44,123 bases of DNA, from the NCBI GenBank assembly GCA_964407365.1, contig CAYOVI010000002.1:1-44123 (forward strand). Reading direction: 5' to 3'. Positions 37,701 through 44,123 of the stretch are shown in pieces. The position numbers were made by a program, and so were the translations under genes. The notes under the pieces are model-generated. The model was given only the letters and a program-made list of their open reading frames with translations, was not told the origin of the DNA and ran no database searches. Origin of the DNA: an uncultured Ferrithrix sp. (GTDB taxonomy: Bacteria > Actinomycetota > Acidimicrobiia > Acidimicrobiales > Ilumatobacteraceae). Numbering within the stretch: position 1 is the stretch's first letter; the number at the start of each line of letters is the position of its first letter.

Positions 37701-38514
37701 TTGCACGTACTTTTCGAATGATGTCTTCATAGGTCAACAAGAACCCCGCAAAATCAAGGGTGTCAGCGTTTCGCAACACGGGCACCACCAAACTTCGCTG
37801 ACCCTTGCCTTTGTCGACATCAACTGCCAGACCCAGGTTGACATGGGAAAATTTTTTGATCTGCGGTTTGCCTTGAGCGTCGGCGACATATACATGCTTC
37901 ATGTTCGGCATCGCATCGGCAATGGCACGCACGATCGCATAACCGATTAGGTGGGTGAAGCTGATCTTGCTGTCTCCACTTCGTTCGCGATATCCGTTTA
38001 TTACCTTGCGATTGACTTCGAGCAGTTTTGCTGGCACTTGACGCACGCTCGTTGCAGTCGGCACGCTGAGGCTGGCCGCCATGTTCGAAGAGATGGTTGC
38101 CGACACACCCTTCAATGGCTCGGGTTCGACTACTTCCAGCGGAGTCTGCACAACGGTTGGGTGAACCACGGCTGGACGGCTCGCCCGAGGTGGCGCCTCT
38201 GGCGAGATCGGTTCTTTGACCATCGACTTGCCGTTTTCAGAAACTGGCGAGTCGTTATTTTTAGCCTTGACTTTTGTCGCCACAATCGCATGTTGAGCGC
38301 CATCTTCCAAAAGCAATCCAGAAATCGATTCGAGATCTGGTCTGATCAACTCTCCTGTCGGGTCGGGCTTGGGTGAGCCAACTGGCTTATAGTCACTAAA
38401 AAACTCACGCCATGCCGGCGAAAGCGTCTCGGGCTCGTCGCGATAGCGTTCGTACATCTCCTCAACTAGCCAGGAGTTCGCGCCAAATTCCTCGACGTTC
38501 GCCTTATCAACCAT
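34774..38514 (-). CDS. kgd: Multifunctional 2-oxoglutarate metabolism enzyme Kgd (E1o fused to an E2-like acyltransferase domain)
   Basis: 1246 aa with N-terminal GANSWLVEEMYERY, an internal E2o-like catalytic segment (DHRIIQGAESG) and ThDP-dependent E1o domains. This is the actinobacterial Kgd/OdhA architecture. Confidence 0.95.
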   Translation of the reverse strand: MVDKANVEEFGANSWLVEEMYERYRDEPETLSPAWREFFSDYKPVGSPKPDPTGELIRPDLESISGLLLEDGAQHAIVATKVKAKNNDSPVSENGKSMVKEPISPEAPPRASRPAVVHPTVVQTPLEVVEPEPLKGVSATISSNMAASLSVPTATSVRQVPAKLLEVNRKVINGYRERSGDSKISFTHLIGYAIVRAIADAMPNMKHVYVADAQGKPQIKKFSHVNLGLAVDVDKGKGQRSLVVPVLRNADTLDFAGFLLTYEDIIRKVRANKLTLDDFQGANVSLTNPGTIGTQMSVPRLMTDQGLIVGVGTIDYPAEFQGSDERALGRLGVSKVVTLTSTYDHRIIQGAESGMFLKYVHELLTGEHNFYADVFSSLGVPYESVKWRDDSNSLDSEDVLLEKQMQIATLIRVHRVRGHLIADLDPLHWRTPRMPRELDPATYGLTVWDLDREFLTGGVGGVARSTLGELLGVLRDAYCRTIGVEYMHIQNTDEQKWIQEHFEGVKRNDFAVDNVRILERLNAAEAFERFLSTKYVGTKRFGLEGAESAIPILDKILNLATDAKMHGTVIGMAHRGRLNVLANVVGKNYDQIFQEFEGYVDPSSVQGSGDVKYHLGAVGEFVAQSGAKMHVELVSNPSHLETVNPVVLGTVRAMQDQIEPPLAYSVLPLAIHGDAAFAGQGVVAECLAMSDTSGYRVGGTIHLIIDNQIGFTTSPEYARSSQYCSDVAKTVQAPIFHVNGDDPEACVRVAQLAFEYRQTFHKDVVIDMVCYRRYGHNEGDDPSYTQPLMYKAIAERRSVRKLYVETLVRRGDITVEQAEKSLTDYQAKLQGALEQTRAKTTEKIIAAKPPAPLGVVPHFETGAQQENLNAVLAQLRNYPSDFMVHPKLLRQFEARDEMVAKESEVDWATAEALAIGSLVLEGVSVRLAGQDSRRGTFSHRHSTLIDYLNERRWVPLAQIPGAKGRFWVYDSLLSEYAALGFEYGYAHANQKALVMWEAQFGDFANGAQIIIDQYLVAAEDKWQQRNGLVMLLPHGYEGQGPEHSSARIERFLQLCAEDNIQVCNPTTAAQYFHLLRRQVKQTHIKPLVIFSPKQPLRMKQSRSTLKSLTMGSFEEVLDDPTITNAGDVSRIILCSGKVAWDAISERDKRDAKFAIVRLEQLYPFPIEQIKKILAKYKNAKELVWLQEEPENMGPRYFVDDRIWTLKQEGYGLRHVARVESGSPATGSKTIHDQELEDLMAQTFADW

Positions 38515-38534
38515 CGATTACATCGTAACGATGG

Positions 38535-39272
38535 CTATTTGAGAAGCACCTCTGAGGCAGTCCACAAAATGAGCCAAAGGACACCGCCGGTGATCATCGC
38601 GTTCTTGTGCGATTCGTATGGCCACAACAATTTGTTTGTCGCTGCAGTGCCACCCAAAAGACCAAGCGCATTGATTTGCAAAATCGCAATCAACACGATG
38701 GCGATAATCAACAATTGCATCGCGTTACCCGAAGTCGCATTTGGAAATGCCGCGGGATAAAAGTGAGCGGGCCCGACCATGAACCACAACATCGAAAACG
38801 AAAAAATAAAGTTCTGACGCGAAATTAGCAACGCCTTTCGACCGGCACCGACAGCCGCAGGGTCGGCGGCTGCACCGCCAATGACGTTGACTGCGTTTGC
38901 CAAAACTACTTTTTGATTCTTCCAAATGACCATCCACACATTGGCGGCCATCAAGGTGCCCAGAGTCATGCCGATCGAAATCGTGTATTTATGGGCATCA
39001 CCACTTCGCGACCAATAGTTCTCGACGATGCCGGTGATCAACAGGCCAGTTCCCAATGTTGCTATCGCTGCCCAGCGAAACCACCACAATGCTCGTCGCG
39101 CGATTTTGTCGAGCGTGATCATTCGAGCTTTTCCTTCGTCGCCGTAGGCGGCAAGTCCGGGCACCTGAACGAGATTGAAATAATAAAGCAGACCAATCCA
39201 GGTGATGCCCACGAGAATATGCAGATAACGGAGCAAGAAATCTCCGATGAATGCTTGATCGAACAATTGCAT
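38535..39272 (-). CDS. Conserved polytopic membrane protein (PuuD-N-terminal/HemJ-like motif)
   Basis: About 6 TM helices with the motif YLHILVGITWIGLLYYFNLVQ. Start set at the ATG at 39272, which is preceded by AAAGAGG at good spacing. The ORF-track TTG at 39287 lies inside that Shine-Dalgarno sequence. Confidence 0.7.
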   Translation of the reverse strand: MQLFDQAFIGDFLLRYLHILVGITWIGLLYYFNLVQVPGLAAYGDEGKARMITLDKIARRALWWFRWAAIATLGTGLLITGIVENYWSRSGDAHKYTISIGMTLGTLMAANVWMVIWKNQKVVLANAVNVIGGAAADPAAVGAGRKALLISRQNFIFSFSMLWFMVGPAHFYPAAFPNATSGNAMQLLIIAIVLIAILQINALGLLGGTAATNKLLWPYESHKNAMITGGVLWLILWTASEVLLK

Positions 39273-39380
39273 TTTGACCTCTTTCAAAGGTGACTATTTG
39301 CCCACTGGTTAACGTTGGCTAATTTAGCACGAGCCTCACATAAATGGGGTCAACCAATCAACAACTAGATTGGACGGCTG

Positions 39381-41060
39381 ATGGTCGCCGAATTTATTTA
39401 CACCTGTTACAAACTCGCCCGCTTTTATCCCCCAGATCGAACGGTGCTAGAGAACATTTCGCTTTCTTTTTACCCGGGGGCCAAGATCGGCGTTCTCGGC
39501 TCGAATGGCAGCGGCAAATCAAGTTTGTTAAAAATCATGGCGGGCGTCGACGACGGTTTCACCGGCGAGGCCCGTCTCACGCCGGGCTTCACAGTCGGTC
39601 TGCTCGACCAAGAGCCAAAACTCGACCCTGCAAAAAACGTGCTTGAAAACGTTATGGAAGGTGTTGCGCCAATTCGCAACTTGCTCGCCGAATACGAAAA
39701 AGTGACGGCGATGTGGGGCGAACCAGACGCCGACTTCGACAAGGTCGGCGCGTTGCAGGCGCAACTAGAAGCCAAGATCAACGCCGTTGACGCCTGGAGC
39801 CTCGAGCGAAATGTCGAAATCGCAATGGATGCTTTGCGATGCCCACCCAATGAAAACGACGTGACAAAACTTTCTGGTGGTGAGCGCCGACGCGTTGCGC
39901 TGTGTCGATTGTTGTTAAGTCGCCCAGATTTGTTGTTGCTCGATGAACCGACCAACCACTTGGATGCCGAAAGTGTCGACTGGCTTGAAAGATTTCTTCA
40001 AGAATATTCGGGCACCGTCGTGGCGATTACACACGACAGGTATTTTTTGGACAACGTCGCCAAGTGGATTCTCGAGCTGGACCGCGGCAAGGGCATTCCG
40101 TTCGAAGGCAACTATTCAAGTTGGCTCGAACAAAAACAAGAACGCCTCGGGCGCGAAGAAAAAGCGAACGAGTCTCGCAAGCGAACTTTGGCCCGTGAGC
40201 TCGAATGGGTTCGCATGGCGCCAAAAGCACGTCAATCCAAAGGCAAGGCTCGTCTCGCTGCATATGACAAATTGCATGCCGAAGCTCAAGCGGCCGAACG
40301 AAGTGAAAGCAAACTAGAAATTGCGATTCCCCCTGGCCCACGCCTTGGTGATGTCGTCATTCAAGTAAAAAATCTCTCGAAGGGCTACGGCGATCGACTG
40401 CTAATCGAAGATCTAACCTTCAACTTGCCACCAGCTGGCATCGTCGGCATCATCGGTGCCAACGGTGCGGGCAAAACGACACTGTTTCGCATGATCACCG
40501 GCCAAGAAAAACCCGACTCGGGTTCGATCACCGTTGGCGACACGGTTGCACTCAGCTATGTCGACCAGAGTCGCGACACGCTCAATGCTGAAAACTCTGT
40601 GTACCAAGAAATCACCGACGGCATAGAGATCATGAAAGTTGGAAGCCGTGAAATAAACGGTCGCGCATATGTCGCAAGTTTCAATTTCAAGGGCAGTGAT
40701 CAACAAAAGCGAGTTGGTGATCTTTCGGGTGGAGAGCGAAACAGAGTGCACCTGGCGAAACTTCTCAAAAATGCTGGCAACGTGTTGTTGCTCGACGAGC
40801 CGACCAACGACTTAGACATCGACACGCTTCGCGCCCTCGAAACGTCGCTCGAGAGTTTTCCCGGATGCGTGGTCGTGATCAGCCACGACCGCTGGTTCTT
40901 GGATCGCATCGCAACCCACGTGTTGGCATTCGAGGGTGACAGTCAAGTGCGCTGGTTTGAAGGCAATTTCACCGACTATGAGGCATGGCGCAAAAAAGAA
41001 CTCGGCATCTCTGCCGATCAGCCAAAACGAATCAAATACAAGCCGTTATCCCGGAAATAA
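39381..41060 (+). CDS. ettA: Energy-dependent translational throttle protein EttA (ABC-F ATPase)
   Basis: 559 aa with two ABC cassettes (GSNGSGKSS / LSGGERRRVAL and GANGAGKTT / LSGGERNRVHL). The N-terminus aligns with E. coli EttA (FIYTCYKLARFYPPDRTVLENISLSF). Confidence 0.95.
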   Translation: MVAEFIYTCYKLARFYPPDRTVLENISLSFYPGAKIGVLGSNGSGKSSLLKIMAGVDDGFTGEARLTPGFTVGLLDQEPKLDPAKNVLENVMEGVAPIRNLLAEYEKVTAMWGEPDADFDKVGALQAQLEAKINAVDAWSLERNVEIAMDALRCPPNENDVTKLSGGERRRVALCRLLLSRPDLLLLDEPTNHLDAESVDWLERFLQEYSGTVVAITHDRYFLDNVAKWILELDRGKGIPFEGNYSSWLEQKQERLGREEKANESRKRTLARELEWVRMAPKARQSKGKARLAAYDKLHAEAQAAERSESKLEIAIPPGPRLGDVVIQVKNLSKGYGDRLLIEDLTFNLPPAGIVGIIGANGAGKTTLFRMITGQEKPDSGSITVGDTVALSYVDQSRDTLNAENSVYQEITDGIEIMKVGSREINGRAYVASFNFKGSDQQKRVGDLSGGERNRVHLAKLLKNAGNVLLLDEPTNDLDIDTLRALETSLESFPGCVVVISHDRWFLDRIATHVLAFEGDSQVRWFEGNFTDYEAWRKKELGISADQPKRIKYKPLSRK

Positions 41061-41064
41061 ACAA

Positions 41065-41400
41065 GTGAATAAGACCAAAAATCAATCATCGCTGGCATTG
41101 CGCAATATTCGCATTATCTGCTCGGCAGTTTTCGTCGCCGGCATCGCCGGCATGATCATCACGTCGATCGCTGGCAACAATGTCGGTTTGGTCAATACGA
41201 TCGGGGGCACGACTGCCATCTCTGCGCTCGTGTTATTGGTGGCAACTATCAGCTCAAACGCTTCTCGACCCGAGGTGTTTGATCAAGCCCAGGCTGAGCG
41301 CATCGAACGAAAGATTGCCGAACTTGTCGGGTCGGGCACGAACGAAAACACGCTCAGAGATTTGGTCCGTCAGGCAATTCAATTGGGCCGAAAATCTTGA
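41065..41400 (+). CDS. Hypothetical small 2-TM membrane protein
   Basis: An in-frame GTG at 41065 just after the ettA stop gives 111 aa; the ORF-track start at 40936 overlaps ettA. The protein has two hydrophobic helices followed by a charged C-terminal helix. Its stop overlaps the TTG start of the next gene. Confidence 0.5.
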   Translation: MNKTKNQSSLALRNIRIICSAVFVAGIAGMIITSIAGNNVGLVNTIGGTTAISALVLLVATISSNASRPEVFDQAQAERIERKIAELVGSGTNENTLRDLVRQAIQLGRKS

Positions 41401-42164
41401 ACTATTCAAGTGACCACGAGTTTGCAAACTATTTAGCCACCGAGACCGGCAGGCGTCTCGTTGAATTGCGCAACTCGCTTATAAACCGAGGCATTTGGGG
41501 CTGGGGACTAAAAGACGCCGGCGATGCCATGGCCCAAGAATTTTTGATGTCTGAGTTGCGCGCGCATCGTCCGACCGACGCAGTTTTGAGCGAAGAAGCG
41601 CTTGACAGCCAGACGCGACTGACCGCAGATCGGGTTTGGATAATCGATCCACTAGATGGCACCCAAGAATTCAGCGAACCAGATCGCAGCGACTGGGCCG
41701 TGCACATCGCGTTGTGGCAACGCGATAAAGGGAATGGCGCACTCGTGGCTGCAGCCGTGAGTCTGCCAGCAATCGAACTCACACTGAACACGAATCCGCC
41801 CCCAACCCCACCAAAAAAACACGACGGACCTCCTCGACTAGTTGTCTCGCGCACTCGCACACCTCGTGAAGCGATAATCGTCGCCGATGCCCTTGGCTGT
41901 GACGCGATGCGCCTCGGTTCGGCAGGCGCCAAAGCGATGTCGGTCGTGCTTGGCGAATGCGACATTTATCTGCACACCGGCGGTCAACACCAGTGGGACT
42001 CAGCGGCACCCGTGGCAGTTGCACGTGCCGCCGGACTTCACACCAGCCGTGTCGACGGTTCACCACTCATATATAACGAACAAGACACCTGGTTGCCCGA
42101 TCTGATTATTTGTCGCCCCGAACTCGCCGAGCCCGTGTTGAACGCACTCGGCCATCAACATTAA
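41397..42164 (+). CDS. cysQ: Inositol monophosphatase family protein, 3'(2'),5'-bisphosphate nucleotidase CysQ-like
   Basis: Contains the [11 protein letters not shown] metal-binding motif and WDSAAP. The TTG start overlaps the upstream stop. The exact substrate cannot be decided from sequence alone. Confidence 0.75.
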   Translation: MNYSSDHEFANYLATETGRRLVELRNSLINRGIWGWGLKDAGDAMAQEFLMSELRAHRPTDAVLSEEALDSQTRLTADRVWIIDPLDGTQEFSEPDRSDWAVHIALWQRDKGNGALVAAAVSLPAIELTLNTNPPPTPPKKHDGPPRLVVSRTRTPREAIIVADALGCDAMRLGSAGAKAMSVVLGECDIYLHTGGQHQWDSAAPVAVARAAGLHTSRVDGSPLIYNEQDTWLPDLIICRPELAEPVLNALGHQH

Positions 42165-42172
42165 AAAATTTC

Positions 42173-42832
42173 ATGCGCGTAGTCATCGCATCATGCAGTG
42201 TGACATATGAAGGCAAACTTGGCGCATCACTGCCCGAGGCGACCCGCATGATCATGATCAAAGCCGATGGTTGCGTGGCTATTCACTCTGACTTTGGTGC
42301 CTATAAACCACTCAATTGGATGAATGCGCCAAACACGATCGAAGAACTCGCCGATCGTTTGGTTGTTCGCAACCCAAAGGGCGAGACTCTGACGATCGAA
42401 CTTCATCGAGTTTTTTCCGATGTTGCTCATGAACTCGGCGATGATCCGGGCTTGACAAAAGACGGCGTCGAAGCAGATCTGCAGGTGTTGCTTGCCACAA
42501 TGCCAGAAACTATCGAGGCAGGTCTAAAACTTATTCGCCGCGAGTATCCGACCGCGGTCGGCCCCGTTGATTTGCTGTGTCGCGACTCGCATGGACAGAC
42601 AGTTGCAGTCGAGATTAAACGTCGTGGTGAGATAGACGGCGTCGAACAACTCACGCGCTACATCGAATGTCTGCACGCCGACACGGCGCTTGGCAAGATT
42701 CGGGGTATTTTCGTGGCCCAATCAATAAAACCCCAAGCCCGCGTGTTGGCCGAAAGTCGAAATATCGGTTGGTGCGAAATCGACTATGACGAATTGCGTG
42801 GCAAAAAGATTGACGACCTGAAACTGTTCTAA
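42173..42832 (+). CDS. nucS: Endonuclease NucS (EndoMS)
   Basis: Begins [16 protein letters not shown] and contains a C-terminal RecB-like nuclease motif DLLCRD...[10 protein letters not shown]. The ATG at 42173 follows the cysQ-like stop; the ORF-track start at 42110 overlaps it. Confidence 0.93.
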   Translation: MRVVIASCSVTYEGKLGASLPEATRMIMIKADGCVAIHSDFGAYKPLNWMNAPNTIEELADRLVVRNPKGETLTIELHRVFSDVAHELGDDPGLTKDGVEADLQVLLATMPETIEAGLKLIRREYPTAVGPVDLLCRDSHGQTVAVEIKRRGEIDGVEQLTRYIECLHADTALGKIRGIFVAQSIKPQARVLAESRNIGWCEIDYDELRGKKIDDLKLF

Positions 42833-42833
42833 A

Positions 42834-43757
42834 TTATTTTTTTTGTGGCTGAGGCCAAGTGCCGTCGCGACCATCCATGCCGGCGTTCAATCGGGCTTTT
42901 GCCATCATCTCTTCGACGACCGGTCCGAGTTTTGTCGGGTCATCAACTGGCTTGTGCGTTGGCCCACGATGCCAACCTTCGGCAATCGCCAACACATCTC
43001 CGCTGGCTTCAAACACTCGACCTGTTATGCCTGCAGACTCGGTCGAAGCCAACCAAGTGACAATCGGTGCGATCCACTTCGGTGATCGCTGTTCACGCTC
43101 GGCTTGGGTTTCTGGCGCTGGTCCGAGATTTTCTGTCATTCGTGTCAATGCAACTGGCGCAACCGCATTAACCGTGACTCCATAACGCGCAAGTTCAAGC
43201 GAGGCGATGGTCGTGAATGCTGCAATGCCGGCCTTTGCTGCACCGTAGTTGGTTTGACCGACATTCCCATATATGCCTGACACCGAAGAAGTGTTGATTA
43301 TTCGACCGTCAACTGGTTTGCCCGCTTTGCTTTGGTCGCGCCAATACGCCGCAGCATGTCGTGAAGGTGCAAAAGTGCCCTTGAGATGAACCTTGATCAC
43401 GGCGTCCCACTCTTCTTCGCTCATGTTTGCCAACATTCGGTCGCGCAAGATGCCCGCGTTGTTCACCACGGCATGCAGATCACCGAATGTTTCGATCGCC
43501 GTTTTAACCAGACGCTCGGCACCATCCCATGACGAGATGTCGTCACCGTTGGCAATCGCCTTGCCACCCATCGACTCGATTTCATTGACAACTTGCTGCG
43601 CAGGTGACGCATCACCGCCTTTGCCATCGACTGCCGCACCGAGGTCGTTGACCACGACAAACGCCCCGTGCCTGGCAAGGCTCAGGGCATGCTCGCGACC
43701 GATTCCGCGACCTGATCCCGTGACAATAACTACTCGACCTTCACATAAGCGACTCAT
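42834..43757 (-). CDS. Short-chain dehydrogenase/reductase (SDR), hydroxyacyl-CoA/hydroxysteroid dehydrogenase-like
   Basis: Contains TGSGRGIG (cofactor site), NNAG, and the S...YGAAKAG catalytic motif. The ATG at 43757 (MSRLCEGRVVIVTG) is preferred to the ORF-track start at 43817. Confidence 0.85.
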   Translation of the reverse strand: MSRLCEGRVVIVTGSGRGIGREHALSLARHGAFVVVNDLGAAVDGKGGDASPAQQVVNEIESMGGKAIANGDDISSWDGAERLVKTAIETFGDLHAVVNNAGILRDRMLANMSEEEWDAVIKVHLKGTFAPSRHAAAYWRDQSKAGKPVDGRIINTSSVSGIYGNVGQTNYGAAKAGIAAFTTIASLELARYGVTVNAVAPVALTRMTENLGPAPETQAEREQRSPKWIAPIVTWLASTESAGITGRVFEASGDVLAIAEGWHRGPTHKPVDDPTKLGPVVEEMMAKARLNAGMDGRDGTWPQPQKK

Positions 43758-43827
43758 CGCCGAGAACTCTAGCCTGAGGCTCGTGGTCAACGCCATTTCA
43801 CGAAATAATTTCGTCAATCATTGCGAC

Positions 43828-44123
43828 GTGTTGATCGTCGGCGCAGGGCCAGCCGGCGTTGCCGCGGCGCTAACACTCGTGGCAAGTGGCAAGGATGTGT
43901 TGTTGATCGACAAAGCGTCATTTCCGCGCGACAAATGTTGTGGCGACGGGCTCACAACGGGTGCATTGCGTCTGCTCGAGATGCTCGGTTTTGATCCGAA
44001 AACTGTTGGCAGCTATCAAGTCTGTGAACAAGTGTCGCTTCGCTCGCCCTCTGGACGTGAAATCGACCTTGACCTGCCGAATAATCTCGCACAAAATGCC
44101 GGGCAGTTCGCGGCGATCGCCCC
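43828..44123 (+). CDS. FAD-dependent oxidoreductase, geranylgeranyl reductase family (5' part; runs off the window)
   Basis: My own translation of frame 1 gives VLIVGAGPAGVAAALTLVASGKDVLLIDKASFPRDKCCGDGLTTGALRLLE. This includes the GxGxxG FAD motif and the PRxKxCGxGL motif typical of the family. No stop before the window end, so it is missing from the ORF track. The start (GTG at 43828) is tentative. Confidence 0.75.
   Translation, partial: MLIVGAGPAGVAAALTLVASGKDVLLIDKASFPRDKCCGDGLTTGALRLLEMLGFDPKTVGSYQVCEQVSLRSPSGREIDLDLPNNLAQNAGQFAAIA

Noticed and set aside
39273-39380. The 108-nt divergent region between the membrane-protein gene and ettA, scanned for promoters or a structured leader.
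   Set aside because: Only loose -35/-10 resemblances (TTGGCT ... ATAAAT) were found, with non-optimal spacing. Nothing supports a feature call.
1-44123. Search for tRNA, rRNA, CRISPR repeats, IS elements, integrases, phage genes, toxin-antitoxin pairs and long direct or inverted repeats.
   Set aside because: Every stretch longer than about 110 nt is occupied by a plausible CDS. No repeated spacer-repeat periodicity, cloverleaf-sized non-coding gap, or transposase, integrase or phage-like translation was seen. This was by eye only; a repeat finder and tRNAscan would confirm it.

Overview
This window is about 97% coding and looks like a chromosomal core segment of a streamlined, mid-GC actinobacterium. 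Lineage markers are a Kgd-type fused 2-oxoglutarate enzyme, NucS, DUF2469 and a UvrD2-like helicase with an HRDC tail; assignments come from motifs read by eye, with no database search. Most of the minus strand carries a long conserved housekeeping array, transcribed from high to low coordinates: DAK2/YloV, recG, rsmD, coaD, a SepIVA-like coiled-coil protein, DUF177, rpmF, plsX, rnc, mutM, smc, ftsY, ffh, rpsP, a KH protein, rimM, trmD, rplS, DUF2469 and YraN. The rest is central metabolism and DNA repair: rpe, enoyl-CoA hydratase, pckG, galK, xthA, kgd, ettA, a cysQ-like gene, nucS, an SDR, and a partial geranylgeranyl-reductase-family gene at the right edge. I found no rRNA, tRNA, CRISPR array, transposase, integrase, phage gene or long repeat, and no intergenic gap exceeds about 110 nt. 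I do not see a convincing new multi-gene system, and I regard this as an essentially ordinary core region. The leads worth a second look are modest: (1) a tightly coupled five-gene operon joining a PIG-L deacetylase to a histidine phosphatase; (2) an unusually short SMC with a divergent hinge; (3) an NYN-S1 putative RNase; (4) a UvrD2-like helicase without the tetracysteine module; (5) two tiny coupled ORFs, one below the ORF-track cutoff; (6) convergent gene pairs with almost no spacer; (7) a lower-GC glycosylation-type left edge. Several ORF-track starts were trimmed where an internal start removes an implausible overlap with the upstream gene.
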